The notes under the pieces are model-generated. The model was not told the origin of the DNA and ran no database searches. It worked only from the letters and a program-made list of their open reading frames with translations. 64,000 bases of DNA from a virus: the IMG/VR virus record IMGVR_UViG_3300030060_004050, positions 1-64,000 of that record, one strand, 5' to 3'. Below are positions 32,126 to 43,901 of this stretch, in pieces. The translations under genes were made by a program, and so were the position numbers. Within the stretch, counting starts at the first letter, position 1; each line of letters opens with the position of its first letter.

Positions 32126-34110
32126 GCAAAAAAATAGAAATAAACGATTTAGATTTCTTTGGTATCAAGAACAATCTAAAAACGTACCTAAGCGGACTTG
32201 ACGAATTCAAAGATTTTAATTTTGAAGGATCGGGAACGTCTATTCTTCTAGACCTTCTTGCTTACGTCACACACTACCAAGGATTCTATAACAACATGGT
32301 TGCTAATGAGATGTTCTTAGACAGTGCAGTAAAAAGAACATCCGTTGTTTCTCATGCAAAATCTTTGGGATATACACCAACATCCTCCACCGCAGCAACC
32401 GCCGTTGTTGATGTTACAATTAACAATGCAGATTCAAGCACAACCTACCTCACAAAGAGGACAAAATTTACTGCGGCGAAAGATAGTGTTTCGTATACTT
32501 TCTCAAACGTGGACACAGAAGAGTTCGAGGTTTTAAACAGCACACAGAAAATTGCCAGAAACGTTACCATAGTAGAGGGGACATGGAGAAATGCATCTTT
32601 TGTGGTTGACAGCAATCTTTCAACTCAGAGGTTTATCATTGCAGATAAAAACATAGACACCTCTCGAATGACTGTCAACATTCAAACCTCCACAACCAAC
32701 ACATCAGGTTACGCAGATACCTGGTCTCCAGTTTCAGACATTACGACACTTACTCCTACAAGCAAAGTGTATTTTCTACAGGAGACAGAAGAGGGACAAT
32801 ATGAACTCTACTTTGGTGACGGGATTCTAGGAACTGCTCTAGCGGATGGAAATCTCATAACGGTGAACTACCTAGTCACCAATGGAGTTGGAGCAAATGA
32901 TATTGGAAGTCAAGATTCTGAAAGTTCAAGATCTTTCAGTTCCAGTCTCTCTGGTGTTGCTGATATTGCCGTAGTTACCTCTTCTAACGGAGGTTCGGGT
33001 AAAGAGACTCTTGCTTCAATTAAATTTAATGCGCCCAAGTCATTCCAATCTCAAAATAGAAACGTCACAACAAACGATTACAAGAGTTACATAGAGACAA
33101 ACTACACTAATGCTAGTGATGTTTTTGTTTGGGGTGGTGAAGACAACACTCCTCCGGAGTTTGGTAAAGTGTTTGTCGCTGTAAAACCGTCAAACTCCAC
33201 CGTCTTAAACAACGAAGAAAAGATCAGTTTACAAAACCTTATCAAAGGTCAAAACATAGTCAGCGTGATACCCGATGTTGTTGATCCGGATTACACATAC
33301 CTTAAGATTAACACTAAGGTTTATTTTGATGCAGACAAAACAACAAAAAGTGCAAGTGATATCAGAAGCGAAGTTATTAACGGAATTGTTGCATTTAAAC
33401 TTTTGTCTCTCGAAAAATTCTCTAGAAACTTACGATACTCTAAGTTTGTCAAAGATATAGATGACACTGATCAGTCAATCATCAGTAACGAAACTTCAAT
33501 CATCTTAGAAAAGAGAATAACCCCGTCCATTGGACAGGAGAGTTCGTACACAATTAAATTTGAAAATCCAATTTACCACCCCGTTGATGGATATCAGCCG
33601 GTTGTAAACACATCTGAATTTACATATACCAAAACAGATGGATCTACATGTGAGGCACATATCGACGACGATGGTAGTGGTAAACTAAGACTTTACGAAT
33701 TAGTGGGTGGAGTTAGAACTTACATCTTGACTGATATCGGAGACGTTAACTACGCAACCGGAACTCTGTCGATTGAAAAATTAAACCCGACTTCAATTTC
33801 AGATGGAATTCTAAAGATAACTGTCGAACCAGAGAACAGAGATATTTTGGCTGAAAGAAGTTCAATTCTATTGATTGACACCGGAGACTCCACTGCAATA
33901 ACAGTGAACGTAGAGGCATACAAACCATACGGAACTAACATTTCATCTGGAAGTGTTCAGATTGCTTCAACCGAAACAACCACGACTACAACAAGTAGTA
34001 CAAGCAGTAGCAGCAGTTCTTCATCTTCGAGCAGCAGCAGTAGTAGTAGCAGTGGTGGAGGTGGTTCATCACCAGGCGGTGGAGGTGGTGGATACGGTGG
34101 AGGTTATTGA
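32122..34110 (+). CDS. gp6: Baseplate wedge gp6
   Basis: DLDFF.IK.NLK, DFNFEGS, NEMFLDSA..R.SVVSHAK.LGY.P and WGGE motifs; Ser/Gly C-terminal tail. Confidence 0.93.
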   Translation: MSKKIEINDLDFFGIKNNLKTYLSGLDEFKDFNFEGSGTSILLDLLAYVTHYQGFYNNMVANEMFLDSAVKRTSVVSHAKSLGYTPTSSTAATAVVDVTINNADSSTTYLTKRTKFTAAKDSVSYTFSNVDTEEFEVLNSTQKIARNVTIVEGTWRNASFVVDSNLSTQRFIIADKNIDTSRMTVNIQTSTTNTSGYADTWSPVSDITTLTPTSKVYFLQETEEGQYELYFGDGILGTALADGNLITVNYLVTNGVGANDIGSQDSESSRSFSSSLSGVADIAVVTSSNGGSGKETLASIKFNAPKSFQSQNRNVTTNDYKSYIETNYTNASDVFVWGGEDNTPPEFGKVFVAVKPSNSTVLNNEEKISLQNLIKGQNIVSVIPDVVDPDYTYLKINTKVYFDADKTTKSASDIRSEVINGIVAFKLLSLEKFSRNLRYSKFVKDIDDTDQSIISNETSIILEKRITPSIGQESSYTIKFENPIYHPVDGYQPVVNTSEFTYTKTDGSTCEAHIDDDGSGKLRLYELVGGVRTYILTDIGDVNYATGTLSIEKLNPTSISDGILKITVEPENRDILAERSSILLIDTGDSTAITVNVEAYKPYGTNISSGSVQIASTETTTTTTSSTSSSSSSSSSSSSSSSSSGGGGSSPGGGGGGYGGGY

Positions 34111-34113
34111 TAA

Positions 34114-36306
34114 ATGCCTTTATTAATATTTGAATCCAGTGGTGGACAAGGACAGGATCTCCCGACGCAGATTGTATCTTTATTAACTCCCGCCGATGAA
34201 GGAATTGAAAATCCTATATCATCAATTATTTCAGAGTATCTCCCTGCATTTGTTCGGGACAATCACTCTGGGTTTGTTAATTTTGTAGAGGCATACTACG
34301 AGTGGTTGGAGAAAAAAGCAAATCCCTATGGGACCTCCGCTACGCTCATGGATACCATGGACATCGATAGAACTCTGGATACGTTTATTGATTACTTCAA
34401 GGAAACATATCTACATGACTTTCCAAAAACATTTGCTGAATCAATCTCTGGGAACAAGGTAAACCAGAAAAATATTCTCAAGAACATTAATGATTTCTAT
34501 AAGGCAAAAGGCACTGAAAAGTCATATCAACTTTTATTCAGAATTCTACACGACAGTGATGTTTCGTTTTATTATCCGAAGCAAGATCTCCTTAGAGTTT
34601 CCGATGGTAAATGGGTAGAAAAGAAATCTATCAAAATTACCAGTCAAAACGGAACACAAAATTTTGACATGAAAAATCGTCTTGTGCAGCAGGTCGATTC
34701 AAGATTAAACGGAGCAGTTACTGCCTACGCAAACGTCGATAACGTTTATCAATATGATGTAAACCAGTATAAAATTACCGAGTTATTTCTCACCGACATT
34801 AACGGAGTATTTAATCAAGGTTCTAAACTAAAGTGTACGTTAAGTGACGGAACAGAACTTACCGAAGATATTTTCGGTGTCCCCACAGTTCCCATCACCA
34901 TCTCGAATGGTGGTGCTGGTTATAAAGTCGGAGACTCTGTAGAAATTGATACGACATCAACAGACTACGTTTCCGGTTCTGGTGCAGTAGGATCTGTCAC
35001 CAGAGTTTCTAACACAGGGATTATTCAAACAGCACAGATTGACAACTTCGGAGTTAACTATGCCTCATCAAATGCAGAAAACACTCTGCCTGTTGTATTC
35101 AAATCTGGATCGGGGTTTGGTGCCACTGGATATGTTGATCTGGATGCACTCTGCACATATCCAGGCTATTACGCTAATAATGACGGTAAGGTAAGTTCCA
35201 ACAAAAGAATAAGAGACAATGATCTTTACCAAGAATACTCTTATGTTCTAAAAACAGAAATCTCTCTAGACGCATATAAAGAGCAAATTAAAAAACTTGT
35301 TCACCCCGCAGGCACTAAACTGTTCGGGAACATTTCTATCCTAGACACGGTTACCTCCACTTCACCTTATAGCACACAACTACAACAAAAAACAAAGTCA
35401 GTTGTCGGTAGGTACGCACCATACACGTTTGAAACTCACGATAACTTAAGAGGTGCAACTGGATCTGGAGGTTCCGTAGATTTATATCCAAAGGGATTTA
35501 ATCCCGGTGCAACATCACCCAACCACTGTTTAGCAAATACCGGCGGAAGAATCGGAATTCAATCTACCGGGGATGGTGGTTTTACTATTGGATCTTTTAG
35601 ACAAGGAGAAGGTTTCACTGCTGCTAGTGGTGCGACTGGTGTGATCTTTGGTTGGCATAGAAATAGTGCAACTGGTGGCGCTTTGCTTTTGTACACTGCT
35701 GCCACAGGAGGAACCCTTGGATTTACTTCCGGAGAAACTATCACAGCAACTGGTGGGATGACTGCCTCTGTTACAAGCGTTCAACTTGGAAACGGGACGG
35801 TGTATGAGTTTGATTCTCATGTTCATGTAACAGGCGGAGCAGCACTGACAGCAGGAGCGACTGCGTATGGTGCAACTGCATACTGGGACGTTCAGAGTTC
35901 TCCTATCGTAGCATCAGGAACCACTGAAGTTATAACTGTTCAAAAATTTACAACCACTTCAGGATATACAGCAGGATATGACTTTACCATAGGTAATGTT
36001 GTAACACAAGGTTCTCAAGCAAATGGAAACCTCAGTAGAGGAATTGTCAAAGATTGGATTCCAGGCGCATCTGGTTCTTCCAGCAATACTTTAAAAATAC
36101 AGTTAACCTCTGGTAATAATTTTTCAGCAGGCACAATAAACGAGATAGATAATAGGACAGGAAGTATTTCCGTGTCGTATACTGTAAGTGGATCGATGAC
36201 AGAGGAAACCACCTTTAGAAATAAAGTAAAACATCTAAAGATGGATGACTTCTTAACACTCGCTCCAACATGGCAATACCACAGCGATCATGGATATACA
36301 ATCTAG
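34114..36306 (+). CDS. gp7: Baseplate wedge gp7-like
   Basis: FV.F.EAYYEW, KNI.DFYKAKGTEKSY..LFR, YQEYSYV and VHPAG motifs. Confidence 0.85.
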   Translation: MPLLIFESSGGQGQDLPTQIVSLLTPADEGIENPISSIISEYLPAFVRDNHSGFVNFVEAYYEWLEKKANPYGTSATLMDTMDIDRTLDTFIDYFKETYLHDFPKTFAESISGNKVNQKNILKNINDFYKAKGTEKSYQLLFRILHDSDVSFYYPKQDLLRVSDGKWVEKKSIKITSQNGTQNFDMKNRLVQQVDSRLNGAVTAYANVDNVYQYDVNQYKITELFLTDINGVFNQGSKLKCTLSDGTELTEDIFGVPTVPITISNGGAGYKVGDSVEIDTTSTDYVSGSGAVGSVTRVSNTGIIQTAQIDNFGVNYASSNAENTLPVVFKSGSGFGATGYVDLDALCTYPGYYANNDGKVSSNKRIRDNDLYQEYSYVLKTEISLDAYKEQIKKLVHPAGTKLFGNISILDTVTSTSPYSTQLQQKTKSVVGRYAPYTFETHDNLRGATGSGGSVDLYPKGFNPGATSPNHCLANTGGRIGIQSTGDGGFTIGSFRQGEGFTAASGATGVIFGWHRNSATGGALLLYTAATGGTLGFTSGETITATGGMTASVTSVQLGNGTVYEFDSHVHVTGGAALTAGATAYGATAYWDVQSSPIVASGTTEVITVQKFTTTSGYTAGYDFTIGNVVTQGSQANGNLSRGIVKDWIPGASGSSSNTLKIQLTSGNNFSAGTINEIDNRTGSISVSYTVSGSMTEETTFRNKVKHLKMDDFLTLAPTWQYHSDHGYTI

Positions 36307-36316
36307 GAGATAATAA

Positions 36317-38647
36317 ATGGCATCTGATGCGATGACAAAATCATTCACTCTAACATTTGCAGAAGATCTAGCAAATGAATTTGAAAACGACAACACCAAT
36401 CAATACTTTTTGTATTTTGGTAAGGTTGATTCGTGGGAAAATTTACCATACTCTAGTGCAAGTGCGTCTACTCCTGCTAGTAACGTTGACTCTGTTGATA
36501 GAGCAAACTATGCGAAAAGAGACGCTGTTGCAGCAAAGAGAATTTCCTCCAGAAACATATACAGATTGGTTCCAAGAAATGACTGGACTAGTGGTACAAC
36601 ATACGATGAGTATGATCACACCGCAGAAATGCTGAGTAGCACGACAGTAAAAACATTCTTTGTATACACATCAACGGGAAACATTTACCTTTGCTTAGAC
36701 AACAACAATAGTGGAACATCAACATACGAACCCGATCATACTATTACTTCGCAGGTTTCATATACCGATGGTTATGTTTGGTTGTTCATGGGTAAAGTTC
36801 TTGAAGATGCCAGAGATTTCATTACCGAGTCTTACATTCCCGTTGAGTTTGCACTGGACAACTCGGAAAACTACTTAAACCAGTGGAATGCTCAACAAGC
36901 ATCTGTCGATGGTGCTGTCACAAAAATTAAAGTACAGACTCCGGGAGGCGGATTTACCGCCGCTGCTTGGGTAAGATCTTCTGCGAGTGCAGCAAGCAGC
37001 GAGGAAACAGACACCGAAGTAAGTCAGATCTCTGGAGTTGGTGCTACCACAATTTCAATTGCTGCTACCGATAGCAACATAGATGATTACTATAACAGTT
37101 ACGCAATTTATATAACAAGTGGTCCTGGCGTTGGACAGAGAAGAGTCATAACAGACTACGACGGAGCAAACAGAACAGTTTCATTTGCTGTCCCTCTAAT
37201 TACTGAGGTAAAACCTTCGGTTGGTGGTGTGCAGGGAAGTAAGTATAAAATCATACCGAACCTTGTAATCAATGGTGATGGTGTTTCTGCTGAAGCAGTC
37301 CCCACCCTGAACGCACAGTTTGAAATTACAGGAGTAAATGTAATTAACTCTGGCTATGATTATACGATAGGCGAAGTGGATGTGTATCCAAAGTCTGTCT
37401 CTGGTGGAGTAATTGGTTCAGACAATATTGCTGGACCTACCTTCTCCGTGGTTATCCCTCCCGTTGGAGGACACGCCGACGATATACTCAAAAGTCTTGG
37501 TGCAAACAAGGTAATGATCAGATCCGTAGTTAAGGGAACAGACACAAACTTCAAAACTGCACAAGATTATAGACAAATCACTTTGGTTAAAAATCCGACT
37601 CTTCTTGGTGGAACCAATGATGGTAAAGTGGCAGGATCTGAGATTGTAAGAAGAAAACAACTTAGAGTTGCAAAACCATACTTCATGACAAACAGTTTCA
37701 ACGACTCATCATTCGTCGCAGGAAACTCGGTGATGGGTGAAAATACAAGAGCAACTGGTAAAATTGAAGCATGGATTAGTGACGCAGATGGTTCTGTTGG
37801 TACACTTGAACTCACAAACATTCAAGGTAATTTTGATATTGAAGATCCAACTTCAACTCTTACCAGAATAGTTTTCCCATCTACCGCATCGGGTAACACA
37901 GGAGACTTTACGGTTGGTAATGTTGTAAAGCAAACTACCAGCGGTGTAATTGCAGAGGGGAAAGTGATAAATTGGGTTGCTCCTACAGATGGTCCATACG
38001 AACTTGTAATTAGAGTCACATCAAATTCTTTTTCTGCATCCACTATTGATCTTTCAAATGGTATTCTTGAATATAACTCAACAGGAACTGCGTTGACTGG
38101 TGTTGACTGGCTAGGAAGCACCGTCGTAGAAAGAAAAATGGGAGAACTACTAAAACACTTCTCTTCCATAGACGGAACAACTTTTGAATTTAAGACTTTC
38201 CCGACAACAAATGGATTCCAAAATGTAGCAAGGGCCAATAAACTCACAGATGTTCAGGACGAGGATACACTAGAAAGATCGTACAGACTTACTACCGATC
38301 TGATATTAGAAGATAGTGGTGCAGCGTTTGATGCGAACTCATTTGCAAAAGATGATACATTCTATCAAGTAAATTACGATGCAACTGGTATCACTGGTAA
38401 CATCGTAACCGGAAAAATTGTAGACTGGACTGCTTCGAGTGGATCAACCGGAGTTCTACATCTCAACGATGTGCGGGGATCCTTCTCCGCTGGAGGTATT
38501 TCTGGATCCACAAATCACTCAATTACTACAATTACTCAACCAGAATTAAAAATAGGCTCTGGAGAAGTCTTATACATAGAGAATATAAGACCTGTTACTA
38601 GAGGCATCGAGCAAGATGAAGAAATCAGGATCATAATTGGATTTTAG
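36317..38647 (+). CDS. gp8: Baseplate wedge gp8-like
   Basis: R.DWTSGTTYDEY, Y.CLDNN, DGYVW.F and SGEVLYIEN.RPV.R motifs. Confidence 0.85.
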   Translation: MASDAMTKSFTLTFAEDLANEFENDNTNQYFLYFGKVDSWENLPYSSASASTPASNVDSVDRANYAKRDAVAAKRISSRNIYRLVPRNDWTSGTTYDEYDHTAEMLSSTTVKTFFVYTSTGNIYLCLDNNNSGTSTYEPDHTITSQVSYTDGYVWLFMGKVLEDARDFITESYIPVEFALDNSENYLNQWNAQQASVDGAVTKIKVQTPGGGFTAAAWVRSSASAASSEETDTEVSQISGVGATTISIAATDSNIDDYYNSYAIYITSGPGVGQRRVITDYDGANRTVSFAVPLITEVKPSVGGVQGSKYKIIPNLVINGDGVSAEAVPTLNAQFEITGVNVINSGYDYTIGEVDVYPKSVSGGVIGSDNIAGPTFSVVIPPVGGHADDILKSLGANKVMIRSVVKGTDTNFKTAQDYRQITLVKNPTLLGGTNDGKVAGSEIVRRKQLRVAKPYFMTNSFNDSSFVAGNSVMGENTRATGKIEAWISDADGSVGTLELTNIQGNFDIEDPTSTLTRIVFPSTASGNTGDFTVGNVVKQTTSGVIAEGKVINWVAPTDGPYELVIRVTSNSFSASTIDLSNGILEYNSTGTALTGVDWLGSTVVERKMGELLKHFSSIDGTTFEFKTFPTTNGFQNVARANKLTDVQDEDTLERSYRLTTDLILEDSGAAFDANSFAKDDTFYQVNYDATGITGNIVTGKIVDWTASSGSTGVLHLNDVRGSFSAGGISGSTNHSITTITQPELKIGSGEVLYIENIRPVTRGIEQDEEIRIIIGF

Positions 38648-38659
38648 GAGTAACGCTTA

Positions 38660-41600
38660 ATGGTTTACAGTTCAACACTTTTTAATACCGATCCTTATTG
38701 GGACGATTATAACGAAGATAAGAAATTTCTTCGTATGCTGTTTAAACCCGGAAGAGCAGTTCAGGGTAGGGAATTAACTCAACTTCAAACTATTGTCCAA
38801 GATCAAATCAAAAGATTTGGAGATCATATCTTCAAAAATGGCTCTAGAGTTCTTGGTGGGGAACTTACTAACCAAGACGTTGTATTTCTTCGAGTGCAAA
38901 CCACAGAGCAATCTACCTTTAATGATCTTGATGTTTCTGCTCTAATCGGAACCGACATCACAACAAATACACCAGTTGGAACCGATACAAGAAGAGCAAA
39001 GGTTCTTCACGGTATAACTGGATCTACATCCGACAACGACAATTACTATATTCTTATGGTTCAATATGTCGATGGTGGTGGTGGTGCTGGTTCTCAATTC
39101 AACCCAGGCGACTACATCAAGGGAACCACAGGAACAAGCACATACATTGCTAGAGTTGGACTCACCTCTGGTGCAGCAGCAACAGATGCAGCAATAGTAA
39201 ACGGCATTACAGGAACTGCTAAACTTACAACTACGCAAAATGGCATTTTCTTTGTCGATGGTAGTTTTGTAAAGAGCGATACTCAATCAGTCTCTCCCTT
39301 TTCTATGACTGGTGCAAGAGGGTTCATCCGTGACTTCGGGAATCCTACCAGCAGAGTTGGTTTTAATATTGAAAAGACCATTGTAGAACACACCGAGGAT
39401 TATACTCTGAGAGATCCAGCGTCTGGTTCTTTCAACTACAACGCTCCTGGCGCAGATCGATACAAAGTTGATCTTAAACTGGACTTTAAAAACTTTGTAA
39501 ACGACTCCTCTTATGGTGTAAGTGGATTTGGTGATCCCAACTTCATCGACATGGTTAGATTTGTAGATGGTAAAATTAAAGTAACCAACGAGTTTAACCA
39601 GTACTCAGAGATTGAGAAAAATCTTGCCAGGAGAACATACGACGAGTCGGGTTCTTATACTACCAAACCATTTGAAATTGACATCAGAGAATCACTAACA
39701 ACACTAGGTGGACCTTACACATCCAGTGAAGGTGGTGGTGAAACTCTTGCTGCTGTTGGACTACAACCAGGCAAGGCATACGTCTTTGGTTATGAGTTTG
39801 AAACCCAAGGAACACAATATGTTCTTGTTGATAAGGCAAGAACTACGCAAACCTTAACCTCCCAACCAGTAAACGATGCACTCTATGGACAATTCATAAA
39901 GGTATCACCAAAGGCAAACATGTCACTCACTGGTGGTTTTGGAGAACTTCTCTCCACCAACTATCCTCTTGTCCAACTTAAGGATGGTGGTGGTGTAACT
40001 GGTGATGCTAGAGTCAGACAGATTATTCCAAACAACGATTTTGGATCTGCTGGTATGACAGCGATTGCTCAGACTTACAACATGTATCTTTTTGATATCA
40101 ACCTAAATGGCATTACTGCTTTTGGTAATGTCACCACCGTAGGGGAAACCAGTCTTGGAGCAGGAAGTCTCACCGCAGGATTTGTAATCGGATCTGGCGG
40201 AACTGCTGGAACCAGTGGTGGTACAGGTGGAACTATTCTTTTCCAACCCGGATTTAACTCATCCCTGTTCCCACTTCCAATCGGTAACTCTGTCAACGGA
40301 GTTTCAGATCTAACTTATAGAATCTATAAGGGATTCACCTTCTCGACATCTGATGCAACAACAGTTACCACAGTTTCGTCTGGTAGCGATGCAATGACTT
40401 TTGTGGGAACAACAGACTCAACAGACAACGACTCATATTTCCCAACAGACAAAAGATCTTTCTATACCTTAATCTGCGACGATGGTGGTGAGAACTCAAA
40501 GGGTAGATCTGGTGAAAGAGTTTTGACTGATACCATTCAGTTTAAACCGGCATCAGATAAAAAGTCGATTGAAATCGGTCACGCAAGCACCTCATCAAAG
40601 CAACTTGCGCCTGGTAACTATACCCTTATCTCAACAGTAGATGTTGCTGCTCCCTTCTTGTTTAGGAAAAAGACGGCAGCAACTGGAAGCACTTCATACT
40701 CAGTAAACAATGGTTCATCTGTAAGTCTCTCCGGTACTACAGGATCTTACTATGTTCCACTTGATCATCACGATATTATTGATGTCACCAGTGTCGTAGA
40801 CAACAACAACACAGTCTCTAACGCAGTAGGATTAGCAGCATCGGACGTAAAGGGTGCATTCTTGCTAGACAGTGGACAAAGAGACAACTACTACGATTTC
40901 GGTAGGTTGTACCTAAAACCAGACTTGGGTGTGGATGCCATTACTGGAGACATTAACCTAACAGTTAACTATACCAAATTTACACATGGAGCAGGAGAAG
41001 GTCCGTTTGTTGTAGACTCATACACACATGCCACTTCTGGGTTCACTTTTGATAACATTCCAATCTATGTGAGTCCTAAGACTGGTAAGAGTTTCTCTCT
41101 TAGAAACTGCGTTGACTTCCGAGGAACAAAACAATCTGATGGTACAATCAAACCTGACGGTCTAAGTATTAAGAGTTCTTCTGACTTTAGAGCAGACTAC
41201 ACACATCACCTCTCTAGAATTGATAAGATTGTTCTTACCAAAGAAAGAAAGTTTGATGTCATTAAGGGTATTCCTGCACTTAATCCAGTAACTCCTCCAG
41301 ATCGTCCTGATGCGATGACTTTGTATGTCATTACAGTTCCTGCATACACATACGACATCGACGACATTACCACCAAGTATGTTGAAAACAGAAGATACAC
41401 CATGAGAGACATTGGTGGTATCGAAAAGAGAGTTGAGCGGCTAGAATACTTTACAACTCTTTCTCTTCTGGAACAGCAAACAGAAAGCACATATTTTGCA
41501 GACAACGATGGTAATGATATCTTCAAGAACGGAATCTTGGTAGACGCATTCCGAGGACACTCTGTTGGAGATGTTCTAAACGGAGACTATGATTGTTCAA

Positions 41601-43897
41601 TCGATTTCGAGAATGGACATTTACGACCTCCATTCGTTGCAAAGAATGTAAAACTAGAGAACAGTTCGAACTCGGGTATTACAATTTCACCAGACGGAAT
41701 TGTAACTCTTGATTACTCAATCAACCCGCAGTTTATCTGGCAACCTTTTGCCAGTGACTGGGTAAAGGCAAATCCATTCAACGTTCCAAACTTCATGGGA
41801 CACATAGAGTTTGATGATCCGTTTGATAATTGGTGGGACGAAAACTACAAACCAACCGTCAAGATCAACACACAAGGCGAAAATGATCGTTGGAAAGTTA
41901 AGAATGAAAACACCTCTTACGGATTTGGTACACAGTGGAACGACTGGGAGGTAATCTGGTCGGGAAGAAACATCACTGAGAGTGATCTCTACGCAAACGA
42001 GGGTAGAAACTTCCTGAACAACATCACCACTGCGGATCTCAACAAGGACATCGAAGAAAGAACGGCAGTTGCAAATGATGCTTCCATTCGATCCACAGAG
42101 ACAACAAAGGTAAATCAGTCGAGAGTTGGAATTCGTGTTAGGAAACTTCCTCAAAGATTGGAAAAATTAGTCAACGATAGAATTGTAGATGCTAGTGTTG
42201 TTCCATATATGAGATCTAAGACTGTAACCTTCAATGCGTATGGATTAAAACCAAACACAACTTTTTATCCATACTTTGATGGTGACGAGGTTTCAAGTCA
42301 TTGTGGTCCTAGTGGTGGTGATTCGGGTGGTGCGATTACCTCCGGTTCTAGTGGTGAAATTGAAAATGCTTTCTTCTCCATTCCGCTTGGAACTTTCAAG
42401 TCTGGTGAGAAACTGTTTAGACTTACCGACAGTCCATCGAACACTCTTTCCGAAACTACAACCGCCGCAGATGCAATCTACTATTCAGCGGGTGTGGTTG
42501 ACTCAAGAGATGGAACTTTAGTTTCCACAAGACCTATTACTTCTAGAAGACAAGTTGTAAACGATGACTCTATTGTTCGGGATTCGTTCGATAGAGATAT
42601 CTACTACGATAGCATTTCAAACAACCTTTGGATTGATCCTCTTGCACAGACGTTCACCGTAAACGCCAGTGATCATGAAGAGGGTGTCTTCCTACACAGC
42701 GTTGACCTGTTCTTCCAAAGAAGATCAGAGAACGTTCCAATTACACTTGAGGTAAGACCCACACTGAATGGTTATCCTCACTTGTCCAAGGTTCTTCCAT
42801 TGTCTAGCGTTTCGCTCATTCCCGAAACCAGCGAGGTACGAGAAGACTTCCCAGAGGCAGGAACATACACCAGATTCAAGTTTACCAGTCCTCTTTTCTT
42901 AACACCAGGCGAATACGCACTATGCTTAAGAACCAGTAGTCAAGATTATAACTTGTTCAAGTCAACAATTGGACAGAACGATCTAAACAGCGGTGCTTAT
43001 ATTTCCGATCAACCTGCAAGCGGATCTCTATATGTTCCACAGAACACAGGAATTGCTACTAGCACTCCATCGGAAAATCTAATGTATAGGATCAACACTT
43101 GTAACTTTGATCTCTCTGGTAGCATTTCAACTGCAATACCATCCTCTGAATTTACAAGCGAAGGTTTAACTAACTCTGTTGTTGACACACTCAAGATTGT
43201 ATCTGGTGAACATACTCCAAGAAATACAACTCTAGGAGCAAGAGTAACACTCGGGACTGTTTTGTCAAACACCGACATTATTGCAAACGAGAATATTTAC
43301 TTAGAAAGTCCTGCGACTCTAGCATCAACTTCAGACTTCTCTTTGACTTCAACTCTAACATCAACCAACAACGATGTTTCTCCGGTAATTGACTTGAGAA
43401 GATTGGATCTTGTTTCAATACACAATGATGTAAACAACAGCACCGACACCTCTACCAACGGCGAACTTAATGCGAATTCCAATTCGTCAGACAGTTCTCT
43501 TTATGGACCAGGGACAGACAATCCTAATTCCACTGCTGGTGCAGCGGGACGGTACATCACAAGAAGAGTTACATTGGAGGACGGATTCGAATCCAAGAAC
43601 TTTAAGGTGATCATGTCTGTTAACAAACCAGCAGAGGCAAGTGTTCAGGTGTTTGTCAAACCTCTTGGAGTGGACGATGCAACTCCGTTCGAGGAAGTTG
43701 CATTCACACAGATGACCGCCGACTCGACAATTTCAAACTCGGGTAGTGATTATGACTTCGACGATGTTACATTCTCTTTGTCTACAAACTTTACCAACCC
43801 AGTGAAAACTTTTGCTGTTAAAATCTGCCTATACAGTTCATCCTCTACTAAAGTTCCTTTGGTAAGAGATCTCAGAGTGATCGCACTACAAGGATAA
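38660..43897 (+). CDS. DUF4815 (VrlC-like) large baseplate / virion structural protein
   Basis: PYWDDY...K.F.R.LFKPGRAVQGRELTQLQ, LARRTYDESG, RRYTMRDIG..E.R and FKNGILVD.F motifs. Confidence 0.88.
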   Translation: MVYSSTLFNTDPYWDDYNEDKKFLRMLFKPGRAVQGRELTQLQTIVQDQIKRFGDHIFKNGSRVLGGELTNQDVVFLRVQTTEQSTFNDLDVSALIGTDITTNTPVGTDTRRAKVLHGITGSTSDNDNYYILMVQYVDGGGGAGSQFNPGDYIKGTTGTSTYIARVGLTSGAAATDAAIVNGITGTAKLTTTQNGIFFVDGSFVKSDTQSVSPFSMTGARGFIRDFGNPTSRVGFNIEKTIVEHTEDYTLRDPASGSFNYNAPGADRYKVDLKLDFKNFVNDSSYGVSGFGDPNFIDMVRFVDGKIKVTNEFNQYSEIEKNLARRTYDESGSYTTKPFEIDIRESLTTLGGPYTSSEGGGETLAAVGLQPGKAYVFGYEFETQGTQYVLVDKARTTQTLTSQPVNDALYGQFIKVSPKANMSLTGGFGELLSTNYPLVQLKDGGGVTGDARVRQIIPNNDFGSAGMTAIAQTYNMYLFDINLNGITAFGNVTTVGETSLGAGSLTAGFVIGSGGTAGTSGGTGGTILFQPGFNSSLFPLPIGNSVNGVSDLTYRIYKGFTFSTSDATTVTTVSSGSDAMTFVGTTDSTDNDSYFPTDKRSFYTLICDDGGENSKGRSGERVLTDTIQFKPASDKKSIEIGHASTSSKQLAPGNYTLISTVDVAAPFLFRKKTAATGSTSYSVNNGSSVSLSGTTGSYYVPLDHHDIIDVTSVVDNNNTVSNAVGLAASDVKGAFLLDSGQRDNYYDFGRLYLKPDLGVDAITGDINLTVNYTKFTHGAGEGPFVVDSYTHATSGFTFDNIPIYVSPKTGKSFSLRNCVDFRGTKQSDGTIKPDGLSIKSSSDFRADYTHHLSRIDKIVLTKERKFDVIKGIPALNPVTPPDRPDAMTLYVITVPAYTYDIDDITTKYVENRRYTMRDIGGIEKRVERLEYFTTLSLLEQQTESTYFADNDGNDIFKNGILVDAFRGHSVGDVLNGDYDCSIDFENGHLRPPFVAKNVKLENSSNSGITISPDGIVTLDYSINPQFIWQPFASDWVKANPFNVPNFMGHIEFDDPFDNWWDENYKPTVKINTQGENDRWKVKNENTSYGFGTQWNDWEVIWSGRNITESDLYANEGRNFLNNITTADLNKDIEERTAVANDASIRSTETTKVNQSRVGIRVRKLPQRLEKLVNDRIVDASVVPYMRSKTVTFNAYGLKPNTTFYPYFDGDEVSSHCGPSGGDSGGAITSGSSGEIENAFFSIPLGTFKSGEKLFRLTDSPSNTLSETTTAADAIYYSAGVVDSRDGTLVSTRPITSRRQVVNDDSIVRDSFDRDIYYDSISNNLWIDPLAQTFTVNASDHEEGVFLHSVDLFFQRRSENVPITLEVRPTLNGYPHLSKVLPLSSVSLIPETSEVREDFPEAGTYTRFKFTSPLFLTPGEYALCLRTSSQDYNLFKSTIGQNDLNSGAYISDQPASGSLYVPQNTGIATSTPSENLMYRINTCNFDLSGSISTAIPSSEFTSEGLTNSVVDTLKIVSGEHTPRNTTLGARVTLGTVLSNTDIIANENIYLESPATLASTSDFSLTSTLTSTNNDVSPVIDLRRLDLVSIHNDVNNSTDTSTNGELNANSNSSDSSLYGPGTDNPNSTAGAAGRYITRRVTLEDGFESKNFKVIMSVNKPAEASVQVFVKPLGVDDATPFEEVAFTQMTADSTISNSGSDYDFDDVTFSLSTNFTNPVKTFAVKICLYSSSSTKVPLVRDLRVIALQG

Positions 43898-43901
43898 TGC
43901 A

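Noticed and set aside
33975-34110. Ser/Gly low-complexity tail of gp6 as a novel element or sequencing artefact
   Set aside because: It is in frame, uses mixed codons, and such tails ending GGGY are familiar in gp6 of T4-like marine phages.
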